Made by a program: the position numbers and the translations under genes
The notes under the pieces: model-generated
What the model was told of the DNA's origin: nothing
The model's database searches: none
The model's input: the letters and a program-made list of their open reading frames with translations, nothing else
Source of the DNA: Bacteroidota bacterium
GTDB taxonomy: Bacteria; Bacteroidota; Bacteroidia; JABEUT01
Reading direction: 5' to 3'
DNA length: 51,899 bases
Assembly (NCBI GenBank): GCA_013288205.1
Contig: JABDCH010000003.1
Span: 533 to 52,431, forward strand
Part shown: piece by piece, positions 27,327 to 36,721 of the stretch
Layout of the letters: every line of letters starts with the position of its first letter
Numbering within the stretch: position 1 is the stretch's first letter

Positions 27327-27854
27327 ATGAGCACTTGGAAAATTGACCCCGCACACAGCAAAATAGAGTTTAAAGTAAAACATCTTGTTGTTACAACTCT
27401 GGCAGGACACTTTAGTAAGTTCGATGCTACTTTAGATTCTTCAAAGGATGACTTCACCGATGCGAAAATCACTTTTGAAGCCGATGTTGACAGTATTACA
27501 ACCGGGCAGGAACAACGCGACGGACATTTAAAGTCAGATGACTTTTTTAATGCTGCCGCATATCCGAAAATAAATTTCGTTTCTACGAGCTTTACAAAGG
27601 TAGATGATGAGAACTACAAGCTCAATGGAAATCTTACCATCCGCGAGACAACACTTCCCGTTATATTGGATGTTGAGTATGGAGGAACCACCAAGAATCA
27701 TTTTGGTAAAACATTGGCAGGTTTTGAACTCCATGGCAAGATCAACCGGAAAGACTTCGGATTAAAATGGACTGCTACGACAGAAGCAGGGAACATAGTT
27801 GTAAGTGATGAAGTGAAATTGGCGATTGTTGTAGAAATGCTGAAACAGGATTAA
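27327..27854 (+). CDS. YceI family protein
   Basis: WKIDPAHSKIEFKVKH, RDGHLKSDDFF and INRKDFG motifs. Confidence 0.95.
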   Translation: MSTWKIDPAHSKIEFKVKHLVVTTLAGHFSKFDATLDSSKDDFTDAKITFEADVDSITTGQEQRDGHLKSDDFFNAAAYPKINFVSTSFTKVDDENYKLNGNLTIRETTLPVILDVEYGGTTKNHFGKTLAGFELHGKINRKDFGLKWTATTEAGNIVVSDEVKLAIVVEMLKQD

Positions 27855-27877
27855 AAATAATATCCATGTTATATATC

Positions 27878-27910
27878 GAGAGGCATACTAAAGTGTATGC
27901 CTCTCTTTTT
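27878..27910 (+). terminator. Intrinsic terminator after yceI
   Basis: 11-bp stem GAGAGGCATAC/GTATGCCTCTC, 6-nt loop, T tract. Confidence 0.9.
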
Positions 27911-28249
27911 GTTTATGGTAGCGGATTTCCAGACTATGATATTTATCTATTCGAATATTTTTTGATGCGATACTCAGCCGATTCTGAAATAAAAATTAAA
28001 AAAAGCTGATATATTTTTTATTTATGTTTGGTTTTTAACTTTTTTTCTGCGAGAGATATTTTGTAATCAGTTAACTCAAAATTGTCCTGTTTACAGGTGT
28101 TTCGAGAGGTTTTTGTTTGGAAGTTAATAAGTTCTTTTCAAAATATTCTATGCTTATGAACATCAGAGTGTTAAAAAATAACCAACATGTGAATATCTTT
28201 TCGTTAAAATATTGTCGTATTTCGTATCATAATTTAAAAAATCAACAAC

Positions 28250-28342
28250 ATGGCAACAAAGAAAGCAAAGAAAGCAGCTCCAAAAAAGAAAGCTGCCGCA
28301 AAGAAACCTGCAGCGAAGAAGAAAGCTTCGAAGAAGAAATAG
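28250..28342 (+). CDS. 30-aa Lys/Ala-rich histone-H1-like microprotein
   Basis: MATKKAKKAAPKKKAAAKKPAAKKKASKKK* (15 K, 10 A); A-rich leader; terminator directly downstream. Not in the ORF track. Confidence 0.8.
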   Translation: MATKKAKKAAPKKKAAAKKPAAKKKASKKK

Positions 28343-28346
28343 GTTT

Positions 28347-28375
28347 AAAAGGGCTCCGAAAGGGGCCTTTTTTAT
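28347..28375. terminator. Intrinsic, probably bidirectional terminator between the microprotein gene and recG
   Basis: AAAAG-GGCTCC-GAAA-GGGGCC-TTTTTT: GAAA tetraloop with A and T tracts on the two sides. Confidence 0.85.
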
Positions 28376-28396
28376 TTTTGCTTTTTTGTAATAGTG

Positions 28397-30511
28397 CTAT
28401 GAAATCCTGCTCCAGTCGCCCTTTTCCTTATCCATCTGTCTGAGTTGTTCCAACAGTAGGCGATTCTTTTCAAGTCCCAATTTTTTATCTTCTCCTAATA
28501 CTTCCGATGCAATTATTCTTGCCTGGCGAAGTACTGCACTGTCTTTTGCAAGATTGGCAATTTTTAAATCAAGTATACCGCTTTGTTGCGTTCCCATCAT
28601 ATCACCCGGGCCACGCAAACGCAAATCTTCTTCCGAGATCTGAAAGCCGTCATTGGTTGCAACCATAATATTTATTCTGGCTCGTGCGTCTACTCCGCGT
28701 TCATAAGGCGTCATCAGAATGCAAAAGCTTTGATAAGTGCTTCTGCCTACTCTTCCACGCAATTGATGGAGTTGCGACAATCCGAATCGTTGGGCGCTCT
28801 CGATTAATATGATACTTGCATTCGGAACATTTACGCCTACTTCAATAACCGTAGTTGCAACCAGTATCTGTATTTTATTCTCGGCAAATAGTTTCATGGT
28901 TCTTTCCCGTTCGGCGAATTTCATTCTGCCATGCATCATTCCAACTGCATTGCCCGGAAAAGCCTTTTGTATTTCTTCGTATCCATGAACCAGGTTTTCA
29001 ATATCCGAATTCTCTGATTCTTCTATGAATGGGTATATTACATAAGCCTGCCTGCCTTTCTGTAATTCTTTTTTAATGAATGAAAATACCTCGCTACGTT
29101 TGGTATCAAACTTATGCAGGGTTTTTATCGGGATGCGACCCGGGGGCATTTCATCAATTGTAGAAACATCCAAATCACCGTAAAGCGTCATGGCAAGTGT
29201 GCGAGGGATAGGCGTGGCTGTCATTACCAGGATATGGGGAGGGGTATCGTTCTTTTGCCAGAGCCTTGCACGCTGGTTTACTCCGAAACGATGCTGCTCA
29301 TCAATCACCACCAATCCCAGGTGTTTAAATTTTACCCGGTCTTCTATCAGGGCATGGGTGCCGACAATAATTTGCAGTTGTCCATTCTCCAATTCCTCAT
29401 GAAGAATTTTGCGCGCGGATTCCTTCGTGGAGCCTGTTATCAATGCAACCCTTACAGGCATGTCTTTCAAGAATTCTTTTAACGTGGCAAAGTGTTGTGT
29501 GGCCAAAATTTCGGTTGGTGCCATCATGCAGCATTGAAATCCGTTATCCAATGCAATTAACATGCAAAGCAACGCGACCAATGTTTTACCACTTCCAACA
29601 TCACCTTGTAACAAACGGTTCATCTGTTTACCCGAACCCATGTCCGTTCGTATTTCACGGATCACTCTTTTCTGTGCTTCCGTTAATGGAAACGGTAGAT
29701 AGCTGCGGTAAAAATCATTTACGTATGTATCTACTTTTGAGAATATAAATCCCTTAACGGTAACTTCACGGTCTGTTTTATTTCGCAGCAAGCGCAGTTG
29801 CATGTAAAACAATTCCTCAAACTTCAACCGAAACTGAGCCTGGTTGAGTTTCTCAATGCCCGATGGAAGGTGAATATTTCTCATCGCTTCTTTTCGGGGC
29901 ATTAGGCGGAGCTTTTCGAGCATATAAGTGGGGAAGGTTTCAGTAAGCTCATTTTCTATCTTAGAAAGAAGAGTCCGTTGCAACTTCATGATCCCGTTTG
30001 AATCGAGACTTTTTGATTTGAGTGTTTCCGTGCTGCTGTAGACTGGTTGCAAGCCTTTCACCATTTCTAAATTCTCCATCGTCATTTCTTCCATCGAAGG
30101 ATGTGAGATGGTCAATATTCCTCTGAAGGAAGAAGGTTTGCCAAATACGATATATTCTGTATCGGGGCGTAGCTTTTTACTTACCCAATTTATTCCCTGG
30201 AACCACATTAATTGAATTCTTCCCGTGCTATCTACAAGGTCCACTTCCATTCGCTGCTTGCGCTTAGGGCCTGAAATCTCAACATGGGTTATTTTTCCGC
30301 ATAGTTGAATAAAAGGCATCTCGGCATTTACTTCTTTGATTTTGTAGATGCGTGTACGGTCAACATATCTGAAAGGATAAAAATAAAGCAGGTCTTTAAA
30401 CGTATGAATATTTAATTCCTTGCCTAATGCCTCTGAACGCAAAGGTCCCACTCCCTTCAGATATTCTATAGGGGTGTCTAAAAGTGTAGCAGGTTTTAGT
30501 ACAATTGCCAA
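28397..30511 (-). CDS. recG: ATP-dependent DNA helicase RecG
   Basis: QGDVGSGKT, DEQHRFG, MTATPIPRT, QLHQLRGRVGR and DLRLRGPG motifs. Confidence 0.98.
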   Translation of the reverse strand: MAIVLKPATLLDTPIEYLKGVGPLRSEALGKELNIHTFKDLLYFYPFRYVDRTRIYKIKEVNAEMPFIQLCGKITHVEISGPKRKQRMEVDLVDSTGRIQLMWFQGINWVSKKLRPDTEYIVFGKPSSFRGILTISHPSMEEMTMENLEMVKGLQPVYSSTETLKSKSLDSNGIMKLQRTLLSKIENELTETFPTYMLEKLRLMPRKEAMRNIHLPSGIEKLNQAQFRLKFEELFYMQLRLLRNKTDREVTVKGFIFSKVDTYVNDFYRSYLPFPLTEAQKRVIREIRTDMGSGKQMNRLLQGDVGSGKTLVALLCMLIALDNGFQCCMMAPTEILATQHFATLKEFLKDMPVRVALITGSTKESARKILHEELENGQLQIIVGTHALIEDRVKFKHLGLVVIDEQHRFGVNQRARLWQKNDTPPHILVMTATPIPRTLAMTLYGDLDVSTIDEMPPGRIPIKTLHKFDTKRSEVFSFIKKELQKGRQAYVIYPFIEESENSDIENLVHGYEEIQKAFPGNAVGMMHGRMKFAERERTMKLFAENKIQILVATTVIEVGVNVPNASIILIESAQRFGLSQLHQLRGRVGRSTYQSFCILMTPYERGVDARARINIMVATNDGFQISEEDLRLRGPGDMMGTQQSGILDLKIANLAKDSAVLRQARIIASEVLGEDKKLGLEKNRLLLEQLRQMDKEKGDWSRIS

Positions 30512-30594
30512 GCGAATAGCATTAAATGATTGCTACACAAAGTTACGGGAAGTTTTTAAGATGTTGAATTAGATTACAGTACTACTTATAGCAC

Positions 30595-31560
30595 TTACCA
30601 TTCCTTCTCCACAATATCTCTTGCGTGATAAGTGATAATTAGCCCTGCACCCGCTCTTACGAAAGCATGCATGTTTTCCATCACTACGGCTCGTTCATCT
30701 ATCCAGCCTTTTTCCACAGCAGCTTTTACCATAGAATATTCACCCGATACATTGTAGCAGGCAATAGGAAGACTTGTATTAGCACGCAAACGATTTATAA
30801 TATCCAAATATGCTAATGCCGGTTTCACCATTAATATATCAGCGCCTTCTTCTTCGTCGAGCCAGGCTTCTTTTAAGGTTTCGTTCGGATTGCGGTAATC
30901 CATCTGGTACGATTTCCTGTCACCGAATTGGGGTGCTGAATCAGCCGCTTCACGAAAAGGCCCATAATAAGAAGAGGCGAATTTTATAGAGTAAGACATG
31001 ATAGCCGTATCTTCAAAATGATTGTCATCTAGCAGATCACGAATAACTCCTACCCGTCCGTCCATCATATCGGAAGGGGCAACCATATCGGCTCCTGCTT
31101 CGGCATGAGTAAGCGCCATTTTAGCAATAGCTTCCACCGAAGAATCATTATGCACGTGTCCATCCTGAATGATGCCGCAATGGCCGTGGTCGGTATAGGC
31201 ACAAAGGCATACATCGGTGATGATATAAATATCGTCTTTAAAGTTTTTCTTTAGTAGCGTTATAGCTTCTGCAACAACTGTGTCTTTTTGATAAGCTGAT
31301 TTTCCTTCTGCTGTTTTTTCCTCTCCGCTACCAAATAACAAGATTTTATTGATCCCGTTTTTCAATCCTTTTTCCACATCTTTCACTAATGTGTCGGGAG
31401 AGAAATGATGAATGCCCGGCATAGAGCTGATGGGCGAAGTAATGTTCTCGCCTTTCTCAATAAAATAGGGATAGATAAGCATATCCTTATGAAAACGGAC
31501 TTCAGCAGTTAATTCCCTGATAATGGAATTTTTTCTCAAGCGGCGCGGACGGTGTATCAT
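30595..31560 (-). CDS. hemB: Porphobilinogen synthase
   Basis: RPRRLR, DVCLCAYTDHGHCG, APSDMMDGRV, MVKPALAYLD and YNVSGEY motifs. Confidence 0.98.
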   Translation of the reverse strand: MIHRPRRLRKNSIIRELTAEVRFHKDMLIYPYFIEKGENITSPISSMPGIHHFSPDTLVKDVEKGLKNGINKILLFGSGEEKTAEGKSAYQKDTVVAEAITLLKKNFKDDIYIITDVCLCAYTDHGHCGIIQDGHVHNDSSVEAIAKMALTHAEAGADMVAPSDMMDGRVGVIRDLLDDNHFEDTAIMSYSIKFASSYYGPFREAADSAPQFGDRKSYQMDYRNPNETLKEAWLDEEEGADILMVKPALAYLDIINRLRANTSLPIACYNVSGEYSMVKAAVEKGWIDERAVVMENMHAFVRAGAGLIITYHARDIVEKEW

Positions 31561-31579
31561 ACTAGATAAATTAGATATG

Positions 31580-31587
31580 CAAAGATA
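31580..31587 (-). promoter_or_regulatory. -7 box TATCTTTG of hemB
   Basis: Exact match 19 nt upstream of the ATG. Confidence 0.6.
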
Positions 31588-31590
31588 GCC

Positions 31591-32502
31591 TTAAATAATA
31601 CCTGGTCGAATATCCTTGTACTGTTCCATCTCTTTAAGGCTTTTTTGAATGTTGGTTATGGCATCGGCTAAACCTTTGTGGTAATGACTAAAAAGCCTTT
31701 CATATTCCTCCCGAGTTCTTTTCATATTTGAGAATGTATATTGACAACCCCTAATAGGATTTAATAATTCAAGTAGTCTTGGGTCTTTTGGCATTTTCAG
31801 GCATAGTTGGAAAAGAGGATTGATAAAATGTTCTTCACTGATAAACTTATCTTGGTAATTATCTATTTTACGCCATTTAGTCCTTATATCAAGAAATTGG
31901 GAAAGAAACGCATCTTGTTTTAAAGTTTGTTCATTTTCCACAGAGCGAATCATTCTATCCGTAAAATCATTAACTTGCATTAAACTTTCAATATATCGCT
32001 CATTCCATTTCCAGTTACGATTATTAAAATCCTTATAGGAATCTTCCCATTCATTTTCGAAGCGTCGTACCAAACCAAGATTTACTATTATGTCCTTAAA
32101 TAAAGTAATAACATCTTTCTTCGCTTTAATGGGTTTATAGGATATAAATATTTTAAATAGTTTCTCAGTTGGAATTGCATCAATATACTTAGTAGTGAAG
32201 TTACTGGAGAAATTGAAACTAAAGCTATTCTCTTTTTTTTCTTTCAGATGTTCGACAATAATATTGAACGCTTTAATTTGCGTTTCTGATGAATTAATAA
32301 GTATTTCAATAAGTTGAAGAAAATAGCTTTTGACTCCCATCAGAGATTCAAATTCTTTCCTCTCATCATGTTTCTTGTTTAACCTGAGTCCAAGCACAAA
32401 AATACCCATTGTGATAAGAGCAGTAAAAATCACATCTTTCGAGATGCCCAAAAATTTATCGGTACTATTTACTAGACTACATTCGACAATATAAGACATC
32501 AT
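31591..32502 (-). CDS. Hypothetical protein with one N-terminal TM helix, largely helical
   Basis: Long, AT-rich ORF with TM segment VIFTALITMGIFVLGL. No family recognised. Confidence 0.7.
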   Translation of the reverse strand: MMSYIVECSLVNSTDKFLGISKDVIFTALITMGIFVLGLRLNKKHDERKEFESLMGVKSYFLQLIEILINSSETQIKAFNIIVEHLKEKKENSFSFNFSSNFTTKYIDAIPTEKLFKIFISYKPIKAKKDVITLFKDIIVNLGLVRRFENEWEDSYKDFNNRNWKWNERYIESLMQVNDFTDRMIRSVENEQTLKQDAFLSQFLDIRTKWRKIDNYQDKFISEEHFINPLFQLCLKMPKDPRLLELLNPIRGCQYTFSNMKRTREEYERLFSHYHKGLADAITNIQKSLKEMEQYKDIRPGII

Positions 32503-32517
32503 ATGACATATTTTGTG

Positions 32518-32775
32518 TCAATAATGAAACATACAGGAAATAACAACAATAGAATCATCAAGGACTTGGTATACCAAACGATGCTCTTTATTTACTCTAC
32601 GGCTCCAGCAACCCTTATATTGATGTTTGAGAGGTTCAGGTTTACCGATACCTTTAAATGGCTCTTTTGCAGTTTCTTTTAAAAGCTGAATGATTTTCGT
32701 TCGTATTTTTTTATCCTTCTTTCGCCAAAGGTTAAACTCAGCTAGTGCGGAAGGAGTAAATGCAATCTCCCTCAT
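32518..32775 (-). CDS. yoeB: Txe/YoeB family type II toxin (mRNA interferase)
   Basis: PFKGIGKPEPLKHQYKGCWSRRVNKEHRLVY...SCMFHY. Confidence 0.95.
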   Translation of the reverse strand: MREIAFTPSALAEFNLWRKKDKKIRTKIIQLLKETAKEPFKGIGKPEPLKHQYKGCWSRRVNKEHRLVYQVLDDSIVVISCMFHY

Positions 32776-33005
32776 TTAAGGTTATCCAGATTTACTTTTA
32801 TATACTTACCTGCCTTTGCTTCTTTTAATGATTTATCCAATGCTTTGCGGTTTGCTTCGGTGCTTAACAAATAGGAAGTCTCGTCTTTGTCGTCGGCAGG
32901 TTGTATAGCTATCTCCACTTCTCCTGATTTTTTAAAAAGCGATTTTATTGATTTTATAAAGGCCTCATCAATATCTGAAACCTTAATACGAATTACAGTT
33001 TGCAT
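32772..33005 (-). CDS. Cognate antitoxin with a YefM-like C-terminal helix
   Basis: ETSYLLSTEANRKALDKSL resembles the toxin-binding segment of YefM; 4-nt overlap with the toxin. The -7 box TATATTTG at 33024-33031 supports the 33005 start. Confidence 0.8.
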   Translation of the reverse strand: MQTVIRIKVSDIDEAFIKSIKSLFKKSGEVEIAIQPADDKDETSYLLSTEANRKALDKSLKEAKAGKYIKVNLDNLK

Positions 33006-33055
33006 AACCTGAATTATTTCATGCAAATATAGTAAATATCGAGGAAAACTAGACG

Positions 33056-34630
33056 CTAAACACTAAATATAGCCTGCAAAAGCCCAATCTCATCAAAAGA
33101 AGGAACCAGGTAAACCGATTTAACCCCAAATTGCTTCAAGGTATGAGATGTGGCATCGCCCATGGCAATTACTTTTTGTTCCGGTATTATTTTTTTCTTT
33201 TCAAAAAAGGCCTCTACATTCGATGGGCTTGTAAACAGCATAATATCGGCATCGGGTGTATCCTCTACTGGTTTATGTAGGGTTTCATATACAATAAGGT
33301 CTCTTGCCTGGCTTTTATTTACAAATTGTTGTTGCACGGTGCGCATACTGTCTTTTGCTTGCGGAAATACCACGGGAGACGATTTTACTAAACTGGCAAA
33401 TTGTTTTCCTGTCAATCGTGTATCAGTAGAATAGCCAATAAAATCAGCTCTTCTGCCATACGTCCGGATAGCAGCAGCAGTGGATTTTCCAATAGCTCCG
33501 ATTTTTAGATTGGCTATCTCAGGCTTCTGCTCAAAGAAATATTTTACGGCATGCTTGCTGGAGAAAAACACCCAATCGGCAATAGGAATCCGGCTAAATG
33601 GTACAGCTTTAAATTCAATAAATGCCCTGCCTGAAACCTTGTAGTTACTGGCTTTTAATACTCGGCTGAAAAAATCATCTTCCCGGATATTTCTTGTTAT
33701 GAAGACAGATGAGCCTATAGGCTCAGCTTTTATCTTGTCTGCAACTTTTTCTGCCCATTTTTCCGGTTCATAAGTATGAAAATGGAAATAGCGTGGATAG
33801 CTTTTTTCATCGGGAGCAAAAGCGGCCCAGGCTTTAAAATAAGGTCTGTCATTTTCATCATTGTGCTTTTCGGCATAAATACCCAAGGGCAAATTACACC
33901 CACCACGAAAAAGACTAAATATCCTTCGTTCGATGGATACGATTTCTTCTACTTCGGCGTGATTTATTTTATCAATTACCGCCTGCATGGTTTTGTCACC
34001 TTCTCTTATTTGTAATGCGAGCACACCTTGCGCGGGTGCGGGTACAAACTCCTGCGGAGTTAGCTTCTCTATATGAAAATCAGAAATATCAAGTTCAAGC
34101 CTTTCGATAGCTGCTGAGGCTACAACAATGGCATCGTATTTTTTATCTCTCAGCTTTTGTATGCGTGTAGGAATATTTCCGCGCAGGTCCTGGATATTAA
34201 TATCAGGGCGGAATGCATGCAGTTGTACTTTTCTTCTGGCAGCCGAAGTGCCTACGAGAGCTTTTTCTTTCAGGTGCAGCTTGCGTTTATCATCGGTGCA
34301 ATCTTTTTGGATGAGTAATATTTCCGAAGGATCTTCCCGGTAGGATACGGCGCCTACTGTAAGTCCTTCTACCGGAGTAGTCGGTAAATCTTTGTAAGAA
34401 TGAACGGCCAGATCAATTTCTTTTTTCAGAAGGGCATCTTCAATTTCTTTAGTGAAGAAACCTTGTCCCTGCATTTCAGAGAATCGCTCTTCCTGTTGTT
34501 TATCGCCGCGTGTTTTTATGATTTTTAATTCTACTTTAACCCCTACTTTTTCCAGTTCTTTGGTAATAAAATTTGCCTGCCAAAGCGCCAGCTCACTACC
34601 CCTCGATCCAATGATTATTTTCTTCGCCAT
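33056..34630 (-). CDS. hemC: Fused hydroxymethylbilane synthase / uroporphyrinogen-III synthase (HemC-HemD)
   Basis: GSRGSELALWQA, VHSYKD, RGNIPTRI, PAPAQG and GGC in the N-terminal part; HemD-like VFFSSKHAV, AIGKSTA, FTSPSNV and MGDAT in the C-terminal ~210 aa. Confidence 0.92.
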   Translation of the reverse strand: MAKKIIIGSRGSELALWQANFITKELEKVGVKVELKIIKTRGDKQQEERFSEMQGQGFFTKEIEDALLKKEIDLAVHSYKDLPTTPVEGLTVGAVSYREDPSEILLIQKDCTDDKRKLHLKEKALVGTSAARRKVQLHAFRPDINIQDLRGNIPTRIQKLRDKKYDAIVVASAAIERLELDISDFHIEKLTPQEFVPAPAQGVLALQIREGDKTMQAVIDKINHAEVEEIVSIERRIFSLFRGGCNLPLGIYAEKHNDENDRPYFKAWAAFAPDEKSYPRYFHFHTYEPEKWAEKVADKIKAEPIGSSVFITRNIREDDFFSRVLKASNYKVSGRAFIEFKAVPFSRIPIADWVFFSSKHAVKYFFEQKPEIANLKIGAIGKSTAAAIRTYGRRADFIGYSTDTRLTGKQFASLVKSSPVVFPQAKDSMRTVQQQFVNKSQARDLIVYETLHKPVEDTPDADIMLFTSPSNVEAFFEKKKIIPEQKVIAMGDATSHTLKQFGVKSVYLVPSFDEIGLLQAIFSV

Positions 34631-34684
34631 GATGCAAAATTATACCAATAAAATTAATCTGTACTTTTATCGAAATTTATTTAC

Positions 34685-35191
34685 ATGAAGGTAGTTATTT
34701 TAATTACACTGGTTCTCCTGCTGGTGGCTCGTAGAATCCAGCACAGTATAGGTTTTCAGCAGTACAGGCAGACAACACTTACAGTCCGGATGGTATTATT
34801 CGTTCTTTTTGCGCTTTCTCTTTTGTCTGGTGGCCTTGTGACCCCTTCACTTTTAATTCCTAATGGCATTGGAATTATTGCAGGCCTTGTGCTGGCTTAT
34901 ATTGCAACCAATCATACCCAATTTGAAAAGAGGGGAGAGGGCCTATACTTTAAAACCCATATATGGGTTGAAATAGTGGTGATTACTTTATTTGTGGTGA
35001 GGTTTTCTTACCGGTTATATGTGATGAGGGATATGTTTCAGCCGGGGCAAACCGAACTTGACCCCCAAACAAAAATAGCCTATATGCATGACTCTTTTAC
35101 TGGGTTTATTTTCCTTACTTTTTGTACGTATTATATAGGGTACTACTCCTTTATTCTAAAAGAAGCGAAAAAGGCATTAAGTCAACAATAG
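34685..35191 (+). CDS. Membrane protein, CcdC/DUF1453-like
   Basis: Multiple TM helices; RRIQHSIGFQ, HTQFE and RFSYRL patterns. Confidence 0.55.
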   Translation: MKVVILITLVLLLVARRIQHSIGFQQYRQTTLTVRMVLFVLFALSLLSGGLVTPSLLIPNGIGIIAGLVLAYIATNHTQFEKRGEGLYFKTHIWVEIVVITLFVVRFSYRLYVMRDMFQPGQTELDPQTKIAYMHDSFTGFIFLTFCTYYIGYYSFILKEAKKALSQQ

Positions 35192-35192
35192 A

Positions 35193-36083
35193 TTATTTCC
35201 TGAACCGGGGAGCAAGCACTAACTCTTTGCTTCCGGCTTGGTAAGAATAGAACCCCATTCCCGATTTTACACCGAGGCTGCCTGCGGTTACCATATTTAC
35301 CAGCAAAGGACATGGAGCATATTTTGGATTACCCAAGCCATCGTGCAGTACACGTAAAATATAAAGGCACACGTCAAGCCCGATAAAGTCGGCTAATTGC
35401 AAGGGTCCCATCGGGTGTGCCATACCCAGTTTCATTACGGTGTCAATTTCTTCTACACCGCCCACGCCTTCAAACAGAGCATAGATAGCTTCATTAATCA
35501 TAGGCATAAGGATGCGGTTTGCAACAAAGCCCGGATAGTCGTTTACTTCAACCGGAACCTTCCCTAATTTGCGAGAAAGCTCCATAATGGTTTTAGTAAC
35601 CTCATCAGATGTATTGTATCCCCTGATTACTTCTACCAGTTTCATGATAGGTACCGGGTTCATAAAATGCATACCGATTACTTTGTCGGAACGTTTGGTA
35701 TGAGAACCAATTTTTGTAAGAGAAATAGACGAAGTATTACTTGCCAGGATAACCTTTTCGTGGCATATTGCGTCTAAATCTTGGAACAGTTTAAATTTTA
35801 TATCAGGGTTCTCAGTGGCTGCTTCAATCACCAGTTCACAACCTTCCACGCCTAAACGCATTTCGGTGAAAATGGCAATATTTTTAAGGGTGGCTATTTT
35901 TTCTTCTTCCTTCAAGGTTCCCTTGGCTACCTGCCTATCCAGATTTTTTGAAATGGTAGACAAAGCCTTGTTTAGGGCTTCTTCTGATATATCAATTAGC
36001 GATACATTATATCTATTTTGTGCAAATACGTGGGCAATGCCGTTCCCCATCGTTCCTGAACCAATAACTGCAATGTTTTTCAT
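35193..36083 (-). CDS. 3-hydroxybutyryl-CoA dehydrogenase
   Basis: GSGTMGNGIA, EAATE, SNTSSIS, GMHFMNP and HPMGPL motifs; -7 box TACGTTTG at 36100-36107. Confidence 0.95.
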   Translation of the reverse strand: MKNIAVIGSGTMGNGIAHVFAQNRYNVSLIDISEEALNKALSTISKNLDRQVAKGTLKEEEKIATLKNIAIFTEMRLGVEGCELVIEAATENPDIKFKLFQDLDAICHEKVILASNTSSISLTKIGSHTKRSDKVIGMHFMNPVPIMKLVEVIRGYNTSDEVTKTIMELSRKLGKVPVEVNDYPGFVANRILMPMINEAIYALFEGVGGVEEIDTVMKLGMAHPMGPLQLADFIGLDVCLYILRVLHDGLGNPKYAPCPLLVNMVTAGSLGVKSGMGFYSYQAGSKELVLAPRFRK

Positions 36084-36139
36084 CAATAAATAGTTTCTGC
36101 AAACGTAGGGAATTTATTTCACCTACTAAATAGATGAAA

Positions 36140-36610
36140 CTAAGAAATATGCGCCCTCAGCATCCATGCCATGCCTTCATGCTGTTCCATCAGTCCGGTA
36201 ACAAAATCGGCTGTTCCGGCATCTTTATGGGTATCGTTTATAACAGCAATATTTTTCCGGATGCTGTTTATCACCGTTTCATGGTCTTGCAACAATGCTT
36301 TTATGGCATCTTTTTCAGTATTCAGTTCTTCTCCTTCCGATAGGTGGGTAAGTTTCAAGAAATCTTTCAGAGAGCCCAGTGAATAATGCCCCAATTTACG
36401 CACCCGTTCGGCAACTGAATCGACAATTTCATCTAATGCTTCATATTGGCTTTCGAAAAACTTGTGCAGCCCTATAAAATTACTTCCTTCAATGTTCCAA
36501 TGTGCATTGCGGGTTTTGGTATAAAGTACATACTCATCTGCCAACAAGGTATTTAAAATGTCAGCTATTGCCTGTCTGTTTTTGTCAGATATATCAATAT
36601 TCGGTTTCAT
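36140..36610 (-). CDS. dps: Dps DNA starvation/stationary-phase protection protein
   Basis: KTRNAHWNIEG, LHKFFE, DSVAER and WMLRAH motifs. The -7 box TAACTTTG at 36629-36636 supports the 36610 start. Confidence 0.95.
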   Translation of the reverse strand: MKPNIDISDKNRQAIADILNTLLADEYVLYTKTRNAHWNIEGSNFIGLHKFFESQYEALDEIVDSVAERVRKLGHYSLGSLKDFLKLTHLSEGEELNTEKDAIKALLQDHETVINSIRKNIAVINDTHKDAGTADFVTGLMEQHEGMAWMLRAHIS

Positions 36611-36691
36611 AGTGTATTTATTTAAAAACAAAGTTAAAAAACAAATGAATAAAACATATAATGACTATGCATTTATTAATAATATGATAAT

Positions 36692-36715
36692 AAAAAAGCC
36701 CCGTAAAACGAGGCT
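36692..36715 (-). terminator. Intrinsic terminator of the 36722-37336 gene
   Basis: Minus strand AGCCTCG-TTTTA-CGGGGCT followed by a T tract. Confidence 0.8.
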
Positions 36716-36721
36716 CTTATA

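Noticed and set aside
27911-28249. ncRNA or tRNA in the long AT-rich intergenic region
   Set aside because: No cloverleaf or convincing stems seen, and no exact TAnnTTTG box close to the microprotein start. It cannot be excluded without a covariance search.
28117-28443. 108-aa track ORF
   Set aside because: It crosses the microprotein in another frame, runs through the terminator and overlaps recG. The 30-aa frame has far better signals.
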